Positions 1 through 13,340 of a stretch of DNA of 64,000 bases are shown here, piece after piece. The translations under genes and the position numbers were made by a program. The notes under the pieces were generated by a model, which worked only from the letters and a program-made list of their open reading frames with translations, was not told the origin of the DNA and ran no database searches. This DNA comes from Octopus vulgaris (lineage: Eukaryota). Each line of letters opens with the position of its first letter. Within the stretch, counting starts at the first letter, position 1. The stretch lies in contig OX597818.1 in NCBI GenBank assembly GCA_951406725.2, positions 49,166,001 to 49,230,000 on the forward strand. Direction: 5' to 3'.

Positions 1-171
1 GGAAGCTGGTTAGCCCCTCTGTCGACAATCACGCTCATATGGTGCTCTTTGCACCCTGCTGGTATGGATGCCAGTCATCAAATATGTAAATCATTTTGTG
101 TAATTTCTGGAAGTCACCCATACTCAGTGTGCCATATGAGTCAAACCCTTTTTGATACTAATCCACTTGGA

Positions 172-574
172 ACTCTTACTCTTTACTCTTTTAATCGTTT
201 CAGTCATTTGACTGCAGCCATGCTGGAGCACCGCTTTTAGTCGAGCAAATCGACCCCAGGACTTATTCTTTGTAAGCCTAGTATTTATTTTATCGGTCTC
301 TTTTGCCGAACCACTAAGTTACAGGGATGTAAACACACAAGCATTGGTTGTCAAGCGATGTTGGGGGAAACAAACACAGACATACACACACATTTATATA
401 TACACATATATACGATGGGCTTCTTTCAGTTTCCGTCTACCAAATTCACTCACAAGGCTTTGGTCAGCCCGAGGCTATAATAGAAGACGCTTGCCCAAGG
501 TGCCATACAGTAGGACTGAACCCGGAACCATGTGGTTGGTAAGCAAGCTACTTACCACACAGCCACTCCTGCAC
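172..574 (-). mobile_element. SINE-A (tRNA-derived, CORE-like segment, internal TA/TG microsatellite, (AGTAAAAG)n tail)
   Basis: A box TGGCTGTGTGG, B box GGTTCAGTCC, CORE-like CACCTTGGGCAAGTGTCTT; more than 20 copies in the window. Confidence 0.9.
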
Positions 575-1097
575 AACATCATGCAATGACTTGCTAAAAT
601 TTCATGTTTATTAAACTGGTAATTCCTCAAATTTCTTTCACCAGAAATATATCTTGATTCCAATAGTATGATAAGCTTAGCTTTAGTATCAATACTTTGT
701 CATGGTAGCAAAATCTCAGTACTTCCAGTAAACTAATTGCTTGAAGTTGTCTATGCCAGTTCGCTTGGTGTGTTTATATTGTTGATTCCGTTATCCCACT
801 TAATCCCCCCCACTCCAGTTCAGATTAGAATTTTGGGAAAATTATTTGTTCAGTATCTGAGATAGGTTAAGGACAGAAGTCAGGAATGTCTCCATTGGTC
901 AACACTGGAAATATTACTGCTGAGAAAAGGAAATATCCTGAAAGATTTGATTTTGTTTTCTTTATTTTGCTCCAGTATTGCCATTTTATGTTTGCTATCT
1001 CTTATTTTTTTTTTTCAATCTATTTATTTGTTTCAGTCACTAGACTTTGGCCATGCTGGGGCACCACTCAAAGAATTTTAGTTGAACTGTCGACATG

Positions 1098-1298
1098 CTT
1101 TTTTACTCATTTACTTGTTTCAGTCATTTGATTGTGGCCATGCTGGAGCACTGCCTTTAGTTGAGCAAATCGACCCCAGGACTTATTTTTTGTAAGCCTA
1201 GTACTTATTCTATCGGTCTCTTTTACCGAACCGCTAAATTATGGGGATGTAAACACACCAGCATCAGTTGTCAAGCGATGTTGAGGGGACAAACACAG

Positions 1299-1334
<36 letters not shown>

Positions 1335-1500
1335 GTATATACGATGGGCTTCTTTCAGTTTCCGTCTACCAAATCCACTCACAAGGCTTTGGTGGACCCG
1401 AGGCTATAGTAGAAGACACTTGCCCAAGGTGCCACACAGTGGGACTGAACCTGGAGCCATGTGGTTGGTAAGCAAACTACTTACCACACAGCCACTCCTA
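1098..1500 (-). mobile_element. SINE-A (older copy follows at ~1590-1915)
   Basis: Full-length match to the family. Confidence 0.88.
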
Positions 1501-2023
1501 TTGTACTTTTTTTTTCTAGTTTTTTCTAGTGGTCTTTTGTTACTGATCTGCTAAATTACAGTACTTCTTGACAACCAGTATTGGTATGTCCCCCACCACT
1601 TCTTGACAACAGGTATTGTTATGTTTACCAATGCTGGTTGTCAAGAAGTGGTGGAGGATAAACACACATACACACCCAGAGGCACACATACTCACAGAAG
1701 CACACACACACACACATACACACAGAAGTGCACACACACACACACACACACACACTGGGCTTCTTTCAGTTGCGGTTTGCCATTTCCACTCAAAAGGCTT
1801 TGATCAGACCAAGGCTGTACTTGAAGACACTTGCCCAAGGTGTCATACAGCGGGATTGAACCCGAACCAGCTGGCTGGGAAGCAAATTTCATACCACACA
1901 GCCACACCTGTACCTGTATTGATATGATTTTTAAATAAGTTAGTCAAAGGAAGAAGGTTAATGCAAATGGCCACAGATCCTCTCATACTGTAGGAATGAT
2001 GCAGTTGGTATTCAACTTTAAGG

Positions 2024-2452
2024 AAGGCAGCGACCTGGCAGAATCGTTAGCACGCCGGGCGAAATGTGTAGCCGTTACGTTCTGAGTTCAAATTCCGCTG
2101 AGGTCGACTTTACCTTTCATCCTTTCGGGGTCGATAAATTAAGTACCAGTTACGCACTGGGGTCGATATAATCGACTTAATCTGTTTATCAGACCTTGTT
2201 TGTCCCCTCTGTGTTTAGCCCCTTTTGGGTAGTAAAGAAATAGGTATTTCATCTGCTGTTATGTTCTGAGTTCAAATTCCGCTGAGGTCGACTTTGCCTT
2301 TCATCCTTTCGGTGTTGATAAATTAAGTACCAGTTACGCACTGGGGTCAATGTAATTGACTTAATACCTTTGTCTCTCCTTGTTTGTCCCTTCTATGTTT
2401 AGCCCCTTGTGGGCAATAAAGAAATAGGTAGTAAAGAAATAGGTATTCAACT
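2024..2452 (+). mobile_element. SINE-B dimer (tRNA-like head, Meta/MESC-like central domain)
   Basis: Head GGCGAGCTGGCAGAA..GAGTTCAAATTC; central GTCGACTTTGCCTTTCATCCTTTCGGGGTCGATAAATTAAGTACCAG; body repeated twice. Domain name recalled from memory, needs alignment. Confidence 0.85.
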
Positions 2453-4270
2453 TGAATATCACCATAGGTCAGTATTTGTTGGGAAAAAATGTGGGTAGAT
2501 AGTGAATATGATAGAGACTGCTCTGGGGAGAAAGGTTTGGGAGAAGTATTTAGTGAGCATCAGAGGTTATGAGGTGTAGCAATTATAGCATCTTGAATTG
2601 TGAAGAAGAAACTGAACCCCAGCATTGCTTTTCACTGCCACTTCGTTTTCCATAAGGAAATGCGGTTGCTCAAAATATAATTTACGAAAACATCTCAGAC
2701 GATAATATTTCAATTGCTATTTACAGAACACAGCATGTGGTAAAAGTTATAGATTCAAGTTTTCCTAACCATCCTTATTTTTAATTACATAATGCATTGT
2801 AGAAGGGCTGTGCTAATAGTCTTTGAAGAGCTTTCCAGATTGGTGAGGCCAATAGTCGAATATCTGTAGTTTGGTTCTTGTTAGGAAATCATAGGGTGTG
2901 GGGAAGATGTTCCAGTGGGTTTCTCTTATAGAGAGGAAATACTGGAGAATGTTTAGTATAGGCTTTGAAGTGTTGAAACAGAAAAACAAAACCAAAAAAA
3001 ATACCAAAAAACAGATAAACGAAAACAAAATGATCTAAGAGAGATAGATGCATTGTATAAGCTTTGGCAGAGGCAGCACTCAGTTTTCTAGTTCAGCAGA
3101 ACAGGGATTAATGTAGCAACATGTACCATATCATGTTGGTAATTTTGGTGGTTGAGGTGTGTTATTATGTGATGGTTTGGTAGCTTTATTTTTTAATGTG
3201 ATATAAAATGTTTGAGCATACAGCACTGAACTACCCACTATATGTGAGTGGTACTCCAATATTTGTCGAACTGATACCTTGTAGTGGATTAGTAATTGTC
3301 TAGTTTCAGATTAGTTTGAGGACCCCCCTTGTACTGTGTTGAGTATAACTGAAAGTTCTTTGTTATTTGCATCCAAGTGAGAGGGAGTTTTCACCTAGTT
3401 GTATTCATCTCCTAGAAAAAAGTAGTCAAAATCTCCCTCAAATCACATCCTACTTTCTTCAAATAATAGGACACATTGTATATTATCCCTAAAAATAGGA
3501 CAAGATAATATTTTGTTGAACCGACACCTTGTAGTGGATTAGTAATTGTTTAGTTTCAGATTAGTTTGAGGACTTAAAAAGGAAACTTGTTGTTTCAGAT
3601 GCCTTTTAGCTCCGTTAGTGATGTACGATCACCATGAGATTATATTAGAGAAGGTGATGGCCAGTATGTGTAAAGTTTATGAATGTTATGTTTGTGTTGT
3701 TGTTTAACCCTCGGTCATCTCTGACTGGTCAAACCTATGTTCAAAGGTGTCCCAGCTATACTCTACTGTCTTTTAGCAAGACATAGTACATGTAAGACTA
3801 CAGTATCTGATGTATCTTAATCTTTTCTAAAATGGCAAATATCATTTTGAGGGAGATTTGGGTGTGACCTCTAGCAGATCAAGTGACCATGTAAAGGTTC
3901 TTTTGTTGGCTTATTTTAACTGTTATTCATGAGCAAGGATTCTGTAATGTTGTGCTGATAATATGCATAGGGACTCCGTGTTCTGGCAGTAGAGTGGATT
4001 ATCGTCCTCCATGGGAAGATGTTTCTAATATCTCTGGCTTGAGATGTCTACAACTGTTTCCAAATCATTTGTGATATTGGAAGTGACTGAAAGGGAACAG
4101 GAGACAATGTCATGTTTCCATACATGAATAGAAAATCTTTAAGAGAAATTGAAAAGATGTGGGATAAGAGAAACATCCTCAGGACCTGTTATTTGTTGGT
4201 AAGAAGTCTCCTCAGAAGTTTTCCCTTTTGGAAATGGTGCTGGAAAGGCAGAGTAAGCAAGTCGAGAAGA

Positions 4271-4690
4271 AAGGTGGTGAGCTGGCAGAAATGTTAGCAT
4301 GCCGGGTGAAATGCTTAGCAGTATTTTGTCTGCCGCTACGTTCTGAGATCAAATTCCGCTGAGGTCGACTTTGCCTTTCATCCTTTCGGGGTCGATTAAA
4401 TAAGTACCAGTTATGCACTGGGGTCAATATAATTGACTTAATCCGTTTGTCTGTCATTGTTTGTCCTCTCTGTGTTTAGCCCCTTGTGGGTAGTAAAGAA
4501 ATAGGTATTTTATCTGCCGCTATGTTCTGAGTTCAAATTCCGCCGAGGTCACCTTTGCCTTTCATCCTTTCGGGGTCGATTAAATAAGTACCACTTACGC
4601 ACTGGGGTCAATATAATCGACTTAATCCGTTTGTCTGTCCTTGTTTGTCCCCTCTGTGTGTGTAGCCCCTTGTGGGCAGTAAAGAAAAAA
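4271..4690 (+). mobile_element. SINE-B dimer
   Basis: One head, two bodies. Confidence 0.85.
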
Positions 4691-5717
4691 AAGAAAGTGT
4701 TTATTGTGTTCATACATAGAAGAAAAACAAGTGACAAATATATTAACTTTTATTTACAGGGGTTGTTGATTGCATAATAATCTTGGTGAAGGGTTGTGAT
4801 TAAGAAGATTCACCAAAGGTAACAAATATCCACGCGGCAAAAGACCAAAAGACTTCACCACCATTTAGGAGGTGGAAGATCTTGTAGGCCACATGATGAA
4901 TGAAAGCCTCTTGTTTTCTGTATGGTTATTTGCAAGTATTGTTGCAATAAGTGAATGTTTCTCAGTTAGTAACAGAGTATTTTATTACAGGTGTTTTAGT
5001 TACCTACACAGTAGCTTTGCAAATCTGAGTAAAATATTTTGATATATTTGAGATCATGGATTTTGGTTGTCTGAGAGATATACCTAGTGATATTCAGGAG
5101 GGTGGGTTTGGTTTCGGTATGCTTAGTGTTAAAGTACATTTACTGCCAAGAGCAGTTAGCATAGAATTGGCAGAACTTCAATCAATTAGCTGATTAATGT
5201 ACCAGAGATTTTGGAAAATGAGTTTGTTATGCTATATGATAATACAAAGTAGGTTACCTTGATTAGCGGTGATCAGACAATCGGATGGGGGCAGAGATAA
5301 TGATGGTATGGTAAAGGTTGGTATTGAGGGGTGAGAGAAAGATTTGTTTGGAGGTTCTGCGTAAGCAATACACCTACAGATAAAACCAAAATATTTACTG
5401 ACTGTTTTTCTAATTTCACTCTTGTTCACTAACATACCTATACTTGCATGCACACACACACACACATACATATCACTGACATCACAACACCAAACCTCTT
5501 CTTCTTAACTTGCCTGCCCCCACTTTTTTGTCAAATAAGGCAACTTCTGGGGACACTTCATCAACAAGCATCTAGGCCTGGTAGGGTTTCTGTTGCTATG
5601 GTCCTTGCAATTTTGAATAACAAAAGGGATTAACTAGTGCACACAGTTCAAAATGGAAAGCAATTCAACCCCTGCCAGTAGTTTTTATGTGGGAAGAATA
5701 CTAAATACTACAGTGTA

Positions 5718-5893
5718 TGAGGGGGTGCTGAGGCACAACCTTCCGTGATCTTTTACAGGGCTTAGGAAAACTGAAGGACCAACTACAACAAGTGTGTGAA
5801 TCTGAGAGGGGAATATATTGAATAAAATCATAAATAACTGATCCTTCTGTATTTTCTTTTATCTAAAGCTAGGAAATTTTCAGCACACCCTTG
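5718..5893 (+). mobile_element. Short mariner-derived non-autonomous element
   Basis: TA flanks; TIR tgagggggtgctga / tcagcacacccttg; encodes the mariner C-terminus KCVNLRGEYIE*. Confidence 0.7.
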
Positions 5894-7061
5894 TACTGAA
5901 AGTTCTTTGTCATTTGGATCCAAGTGAAAGGGAGTTTTCACCTGGTTGTATTCATCTCCTAGAAAAAAGTAGTCAAAATCTCCCTCAAATCATATCCTAC
6001 TTTCTTCAAATAATAGGACACATTGTATATTATCCCTAAAAATAGGACAAGATAATCATGGCTTGCATGCCTTTGACCATGATTCTTACTCAATCATTGC
6101 TAACAAACCACTATGTTTTGCTCAACTGAAATGTCTGGTCTCAACAGAATGCTCTCAACAGAATGCTGTCCATGGGACATGAGGTCCAACATATTAAGTC
6201 TACCATCTCCACTATGGTATGTTTATTATAGAACCAGTTGTGACAAAGATGTCTTACAGGACTCAGTGTCTCCTTTGCCCTAAACAAATGATCTAAGGGT
6301 TTTCTTACTGTTTGTCTTAACCTTCTCTTTGTAACCCACCCACCCTCCCACCACATTTTTTTTTATTCGGTTAACATCAATATTTTTTGCCCCTAATTTG
6401 CCCACTATACTTGGAAAGAGGGTTGGTGGCAGAAGAGGCATCTGTCAGTAGAAAATCTGTCTCAGTAAATTCCATCTGACCCATGCAAGCATGGAAAAGT
6501 GGATATTAAAATGATGAGGATGTTTTTAGCTTCATGTTTATTACTTTCATTGTCTTCCAAAATCGACCTTGGTAGAATCGGCCATCCAGCATGCTAACGA
6601 TTCTGCCAGCTAGCTGCCTTAATTGCATGTAGCTAATAATAAAAAAGCAAAACTAAATCCTCTAACAATTCCACACCCAAATCTAAGGTGACTTACAGCT
6701 TTTCACCCTTTATATTCACGATTCTTGCTTGTATACTAAAACCTGTTCTACCTTTCAATTAGGTTGACTGCAAGAAAACTTTCCCAATTATATGTTAAAG
6801 ATGAAAGTTATTTTAAGCAGCTTCTGACTCTGCTTTGAAAGTATTTGCTTGTTAGAATTAATAGTTTGTATAAACTGGTGCTGACAGCTAATTTTTTTCT
6901 CTTTTACTTTTATTTTGTTTTTGCTGACATTTCCTTTTCTGTCCTCATTATATTTTTCTTTTTTTTTTTTTTTTCACTGACCAGTTCAACTCTCTGAGAA
7001 ATGTGAAAGAAATATTTCAGATATTTTTTTTAAAATTCCAACAAATTTTCTGTTATTTATT

Positions 7062-7093
<32 letters not shown>

Positions 7094-7732
7094 TTTCTTC
7101 TTCTCTATAGTTTCATCCAAGTTTCTACTTCAATGCCTGCTGTGGACAGCATTGTTATTTCTTTTTATTATTATCTTTTTGTGTGTGTGATGGTGGTGTC
7201 TAGAATCTTCTATGCTATATCTGTTTCATTTCCTTGTGGTGTTTGCCTTGTTATTTCTAGCGTGGTTACTTTAGTGATGCTTAGGGGTTTTTTGTAGAAT
7301 ATGTAGTTTTTTACTATGATGATTTTGTGTATGTTGTATGATCTGTAACATCCCACTCTTTACATATTTTAATGTCCCCTTCATTTCATGCCCCTGGGGC
7401 AAATAAAAGAAATGGCTATCATTGTTGTTACTATTACTGGTGTTTATTTAAAAAAAAATTTATTCTCCTCATTTTAGCCACATATTGTGAGCTGCCACAT
7501 AAGCTACAAACTATTTAAACTACTAAATCACTGCTGTCTGTTCAATGAAGTTGCCACTTGCCATGTAACACTGCAAATTATTTGGGTATTATGTTGCAGC
7601 AAATGAATAAATAACTGATTATTAAATACTCTGTAATAAGATATATAACATTTTTGTAAGTATTTAAATCTCTTTTTGTAAAATATTAATATATATATAT
7701 ATTTATATATATTGATAAAAATGGTAAGACAA

Positions 7733-7955
7733 CGCTGAGAGTTGCTGAAGCATGGAACAAACTGCCGGCATCGGTTGTTAGTTGTCGGAGCACTGCATCC
7801 TTCAAAACTTCCATGCTTCCTGAGATTCGCCAACACTACACTTGATTTTCTCCCCTCCATACACACACAAGCATGTATCTGACTCATACATTGTTTGCTT
7901 TCCAGACATTTCTACATTACTGCATGTACTTTATATGCACTTTCTGACAAGTTGT

Positions 7956-7956
<1 letters not shown>
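7733..7956 (+). mobile_element. Short 3' fragment of the same CR1-type LINE
   Basis: Reverse-complement similar to ~59780-59995 (RVAEAWNKLPASVVSCRSTASFKTS); lies within a (TA)n region. Confidence 0.8.
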
Positions 7957-7986
<30 letters not shown>

Positions 7987-8079
7987 TGATAAAAACAAAA
8001 GAAAGAAAGAGACCTCGATATTATGTAAATAGAGGAATTTATCTGTAAAAGTAATATGTGACAATTATTCGGTAGCCAT

Positions 8080-8140
8080 GATAAAACTCCGAGTTTTGGA
8101 TGCTGAGGTGGAAATCCACGCCGCCATCTCCTCAGTTATC
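8080..8140 (-). ncRNA. Type I hammerhead-ribozyme-like motif (G12>A) in a (TA)n-embedded element
   Basis: Minus strand: gataa-CTGAGGA-gatg..gtggatttccac..catcc-aAAAC-tcgga-GTT-ttatc; stem I gataa/ttatc. Confidence 0.65.
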
Positions 8141-8265
8141 TGGCCGTCGGAAGAATGCTATGAAAAATGACCGTTATACAAAGGGAAATTACTGTGTTTT
8201 GACCGTTATTAAAACAAAAGAGCTATTCGAATGACCGCTAAATAAGGGGAGGGAGTAAAGTAAGG

Positions 8266-8312
<47 letters not shown>

Positions 8313-8409
8313 CAATCCAAACATGAACAAGCAAGAAAAAACAACAACACAGGGATGTGGTACAAGTTCTGTGTTATTGGACGCTCAGGAAAGGAAAGAA
8401 AAGAAAGAG

Positions 8410-8446
8410 CATTTCATGTTTTGAGTGGAGCTCTTCATCAGAAATG
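8410..8446 (-). ncRNA. Degenerate minimal hammerhead-like motif
   Basis: Minus strand: cattt-CTGATGA-a-gagc tcc actc-aAAAC-atg-aaatg; stem I cattt/aaatg; three departures from consensus are CpG>CpA changes. Confidence 0.55.
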
Positions 8447-8749
8447 TAGAAAAAGTCCAAAGAAGGGAAGATGGAGAAAGAAAATCGCCAACGATACACA
8501 CGTGGTCACATATTAAAAAATATATAACATATATACATTTAGAATATAGTTTTACCGTGCTGGTGTGTTTTCCATGTTGTCACACATATCGGAAGACCGA
8601 AATATATAGAATATGTTAAAGGCGGTTCCAGCATGGCTGCAGTCAAATGACTGAAACAAGTAAAAAAGTAAAAGTGTAAAGAGGGGACACATATAAATGG
8701 AAATATAGCCAGGTTTGTGATTAGTATGGAATTTATATTAAAACAGATA

Positions 8750-8972
8750 TTTATTTCTTTATTACCTACACCGGGGCTAAACATAGAGGGGGCAGATGGA
8801 TTAAGTCGATTACATCGATCCCAGTGCGTAACTGGTACTTATTTTATCGACCTTGAAAGGATGAAAGGCAAAGTCGACCTGGCGAAATTTGAACTCAGAA
8901 TGTAAAGTCAGATGAAATACCGTTAGGTATTTTGCCCAGCATGCTAACGATTCTGCCAGCTTGCTGCCCTTA
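8750..8972 (-). mobile_element. SINE-B
   Basis: Family match. Confidence 0.82.
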
Positions 8973-9089
8973 TTAAAACAGATATTACTACAAAGTTTTC
9001 TATTCTTTGGAAATTTTTTATTTTGAAAGTTTATTTGTAATAAGCTCAAAATTGAAATCATCAATTCCTTTGATTTTATTTGTCAAAAT

Positions 9090-9137
<48 letters not shown>

Positions 9138-9168
9138 CAAAATAAGCAACACGGATATCCAGAGGTAA

Positions 9169-9254
9169 TGCAGTATGATCGTTTTATGCAACTCCATTTA
9201 ATTTAACAATGCAGTCATTACATCAATTTAAATGCAAAGCAATCTTCAGCTGCA
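9169..9254 (-). ncRNA. Type I hammerhead-like motif within a 75-bp inverted repeat
   Basis: Minus strand: tgcag-CTGAAGA-long imperfect stem II-aAAAC-gatc-aTA-ctgca; the inverted copy at 9321-9341 keeps GAAAC-gatt-GTA-ctgca. Confidence 0.6.
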
Positions 9255-9654
9255 CAAAGACATAGAATTTAATGATTGAATTGTTAAATTAAAATTTTGA
9301 ATTTTAAATTAAATGGAGTTGCATGAAACGATTGTACTGCATTACCTCTGGATATCCTTGTTGCTTATTTTGATTTTAATCAACTTATTTTGAAATTGTA
9401 TGGATAATACTGTACTAAATTCTGGTGCCTCAACTTAAGTACCATATTCATCTGAATCTATATAGATATAGATATATATCTTGTGTCATGGTATATTCAT
9501 GTCTTTGACGAATCATGGCTTGTTCCTCCTCCATTTATTTCTATGTCTTGCAACATCACCCAGGTCTTTCTCACTCTGTATGTTCAGTCTCTTCTTCATC
9601 CAGTCAAACATCTTCATTCTCTGCCATATATATATTACTTTAACTTATATATTT

Positions 9655-10067
9655 TACTTACTCTTTACTCTCTTTTTACTCTTTTACTTGTTTCAGTCAT
9701 TTGACTGCGGCCATGCTGGAGCACCACCTTTAGTCGAGCAAATGAACCCCAGTACTTATTCTTTGTAAGCCTAGTACTTATTCTATCGGTCTCTTTTACT
9801 GAACCGCTAAGTTACGGGGATGTAAACACACCAGCATCAGTTGTCAAGCGATGCTGAGAGGACGGACACAGACACATACACACACATGCATATATACATA
9901 TATACGACGGGCTTCTTTCGGTTTCCGTCTACCAAATCCACTCACAGGGCATTGGTTAACCCGATGCTATAGTAGAAGACACTTGCCCTAGGTGCCAAGC
10001 AGTGGGATTGAACCCGGAACCATGTGGTTGATAAGCAAGCTACTTATCACACAGCCACTCCTACGCC
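9655..10067 (-). mobile_element. SINE-A
   Basis: Full-length match. Confidence 0.88.
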
Positions 10068-11149
10068 TTATAAATATATTTTGCTTTTCTTTGTTAGTTT
10101 GAAACAAATTTTGTTTTCGATGTTGGTTATAAACTCATGACTCTTCTTGTACTTTTTTTTATCATACTCTATGTAATTGACTTAAGCCCAGCATCCTGTT
10201 GCTGCTTAGTTAGGATGATTAAACAGTTAAGATATGGTGTTTTATATGAAGTAAAGTGCCACCACTTTATACTGTTGGATTGAAGGCAGTAACTAACTAA
10301 CTATATACTTTGAGTAAATGCCAAAACTGTCATTGATGAATTTAATCCGTACACCTCTGGTTGTAGTCTATTATAATTTCTTTATTTCTTATATTTATTT
10401 CTTTTCCTCTGAACTGTTAAATTTTGAAAGAGATAAGTAATTATAAGTAAATGGCATTACAATTCCAACATTTTTCATGATTTTTCATACAGTAAACAAA
10501 TACAAAATATGATCCATCTATCAATGTACTTATATAAAGGCATTTGCACTTTTCTCCTTGTAAGTGAATAATTTTTCATACCTAAATTGTCTTTCTTAGT
10601 TAACATGTTTACATAATTTAATGTTGAAATTGGTTTTGGTACTTTAAGCATATCAATTGCTGACTGAAACATGAATAACATCATTTGATTTTTCATCTAT
10701 AAAATATACTAAAATCTTCTGTGTTGTTTCGTTTTGGGATTTGGTTTGCAAGATTCTTTATATGAGTTTGTGTGTTGAAGCATATTCTGTTGTGTCTGGG
10801 GAGAGTCATTTTCACTGCAGGAAGATATGCCAACAAAACTCTAGGCAGACATGCACACACAAGGAGACAGAGGTGCATACATATACAAACACATGCACAC
10901 ACACATACATAGAAAATACACAAACAACGGACATGCAAGCACATAAATATGCAGGATACGTACATACAGATGCACACACATACATACATATATACATATG
11001 CATACACACACATATATACATACATACACATACAAACACACACATACGTACATGCATGTATAGGCACACACACACACACATACTGACCCACACACATGCG
11101 CAAAAATAAACAAAAGGGAATGCAGTGTAAATAACGGACAGAGTCAAGA

Positions 11150-11186
11150 CTACTGAAAAGGTTGCAAGACTCAACGAAAATTTTAG
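11150..11186 (+). ncRNA. Possible degenerate minimal hammerhead
   Basis: cta-CTGAAAA-g-gttg caagact caac-GAAA-ATTT-tag; one core mismatch, short stem I. Confidence 0.4.
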
Positions 11187-11431
11187 GACAATAAAAATAA
11201 GAAAAATGTGGAAATTTTACCGGTGAGTAAGTTATATTATAAGGCACAAAAAGAAAATGACTCTTCCCAGACACAACAGAACATTCTATGTTGTTATCAC
11301 TCATCATTATCCTTACTGACCTGCCTCTGCATTATAAGCCACTCTGGAGGTATAAGTATTCATGATACTAACTCCTTGTGAGAAAAAGTGTACTATGACT
11401 TATTCCTTTATTGATGTCAAAACCCTTTAGT

Positions 11432-11843
11432 TACTCTTACTCTTTTAATTGTTTCAGTCATTTGACCGTGGCCATGCTGGAGCACCGCCTTTAGTCGAGC
11501 AAATCAACCCCAGGACTTATTCTTTGTAAGCCTAGTACTTATTCTATCGGTCTCTTTTGCTGAACCGTTAGGTTATGGGGACATAAACACCCCACCATTG
11601 GCTGTCAAGCGATGTTGGGAGGTGGGGGGACAAACACAGACGCACAAACGCGCACACACACATATATATATACATATATACGACAGGCTTCTTTCAGTTT
11701 CCATCTACCAAATCCACTCACAAGGCTTTGGTTGGCCTGAGGCTATAGTAGAAGACACTTGCCCAAGGTGCCACGCAGTGGGACTGAACCCAGAACCATG
11801 TGGTTGGTAAGCAAGCTACTTGCCACACAGCCACTCCTACACC
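11432..11843 (-). mobile_element. SINE-A
   Basis: Full-length match. Confidence 0.88.
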
Positions 11844-12110
11844 TATAGGAGTTGCAATAGTTATTTTATAATCCGTGTGTCTGTCCTTGTTTGTCCTCTC
11901 TGTGTTTAGCCCCTTGTGAGTAGTAAAGAAATAGGTATTTTGTCAGTCTTTATGTTCTGAGATCAAATTCTACCAAGGTTGACTTTACCTTTCATCTTTT
12001 CAGGGGTCGATAAATTAAGTACCAGTTGCGTACGGGGGTCGATCTAATCGACTGCCCCTCCCCATCCCCCCAAATTTCGGGCCTTGTGCCTAGAATAGAA
12101 AAAATTAGTA

Positions 12111-12428
12111 CAGCTATCCTTGTTTGTTACTGAATCATTCATCACTGATCCAGGGATCATTGTCCTCTCAATTGTGAACCATGTTATGCTTATCACAAAT
12201 TGATTTGTGATAACAGGGGTCAGTGATCAAAGATTCTGTTTAGACTGCAAATCATACCCCAGCAATCATCCACAATGCTCAGAGCAAGTTGAAATCTCAG
12301 AATAAAACATATTTTCCCCATTTGTTCTATTATTCATTTATCACTGATTCAGTTAATACTGTTTCTTTTTTCTTTCTTTTTTTTCTTCTTTAAAACCAAA
12401 CACCCGTGACAAACAAGGATAGACATAG
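12111..12428. mobile_element. Tigger/pogo-like MITE
   Basis: TA-flanked imperfect TIR cagctatccttgtttgttac / gtgacaaacaaggatagac; internal palindrome ttatcacaaat-tg-atttgtgataa. Confidence 0.55.
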
Positions 12429-13340
12429 TACACCTTTTAATTATTTGCAAAGATAAGAAGTCATTAGGAACTCCCCACCCCCCCGTATCTTTCAGGAGGT
12501 GAAGTAAGGATGGCGGCTGTAATTTATCATTTTACTGTCATTTTATTATCTTTCATTATTTACCGCCTAATTAATCTTAGTCATCACCTAGTTTCTCTTC
12601 TTCTCCTGTAAATATCATAATATAGATATATTCACCTTTAGGTATCGTGATGTAATGATATCTACACCTCAATGATTAATTGAATTTAGCAGCTTTAGGT
12701 GTTTTAGAGAATTTGTTTTTTTTTTCTTTAACTGCTAGTTATTTTTGATCCAGCACACCTGAGATTAAAAAATATCCAGTCTTTTCTTTTGACACAATGC
12801 ACCCAGACCATATTATTGAATGTGTCTTTTTTTTGTGATTTGAGAGAGATTTGGCTGCTATTTATAGAGATCAAACTACCACATAGACACTCATTCGTTG
12901 GACTTTTGTTTAAGAATAGTACACAGATTGTGATTTTTTTCTCTATGTGAAGTAAAGCTATTCTATTTCTAGACTAAAGTATTCCTAGCTAAGTTATTTC
13001 TAGACGATGCTTCTGTTTTCCTTCTTAAAATTTTGACAAGACATTATTTAGTGATAATGGCATGTGTCAAAGAGTGGTAGAAAATGTGCCAAATCTGGAG
13101 GAATGGCCTATACTCCATGATTAATATATATTATTATTGTTAGTGAAATCTCTGTATTATCTGGATAGTTGTCTTCCCATGTAAGGAGCTGAATGTGAGA
13201 TCTGTATTTTGTACCTGGTGCCAGCAATGGCTCACAAAAGATACCATGGTATTTCTGCTAAACTGACTGAAAATCAAGAGTTCAAATACATTTATGGCTA
13301 TACTGGGCAATGTTGTCTTAACTGAATAGTTAATTGCATC

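Noticed and set aside
344-1554. Recurrent short ORFs such as GLLSVSVYQIHSQGFG..CPRCH
   Set aside because: Chance ORFs in non-coding SINE-A copies; frames break between copies.
2461-3200. Possible host coding sequence
   Set aside because: Only weak, frameshifted resemblance to a decayed LINE RT tail; similar weak traces at ~14700-15000, ~39100-39400 and ~41400-43000 could not be bounded reliably.
4760-4818. AG..GT-bounded segment resembling an exon
   Set aside because: Stop codons in all three frames and no other support.
10693-11307. 204-aa Cys/Val-rich ORF
   Set aside because: Dinucleotide-repeat translation.
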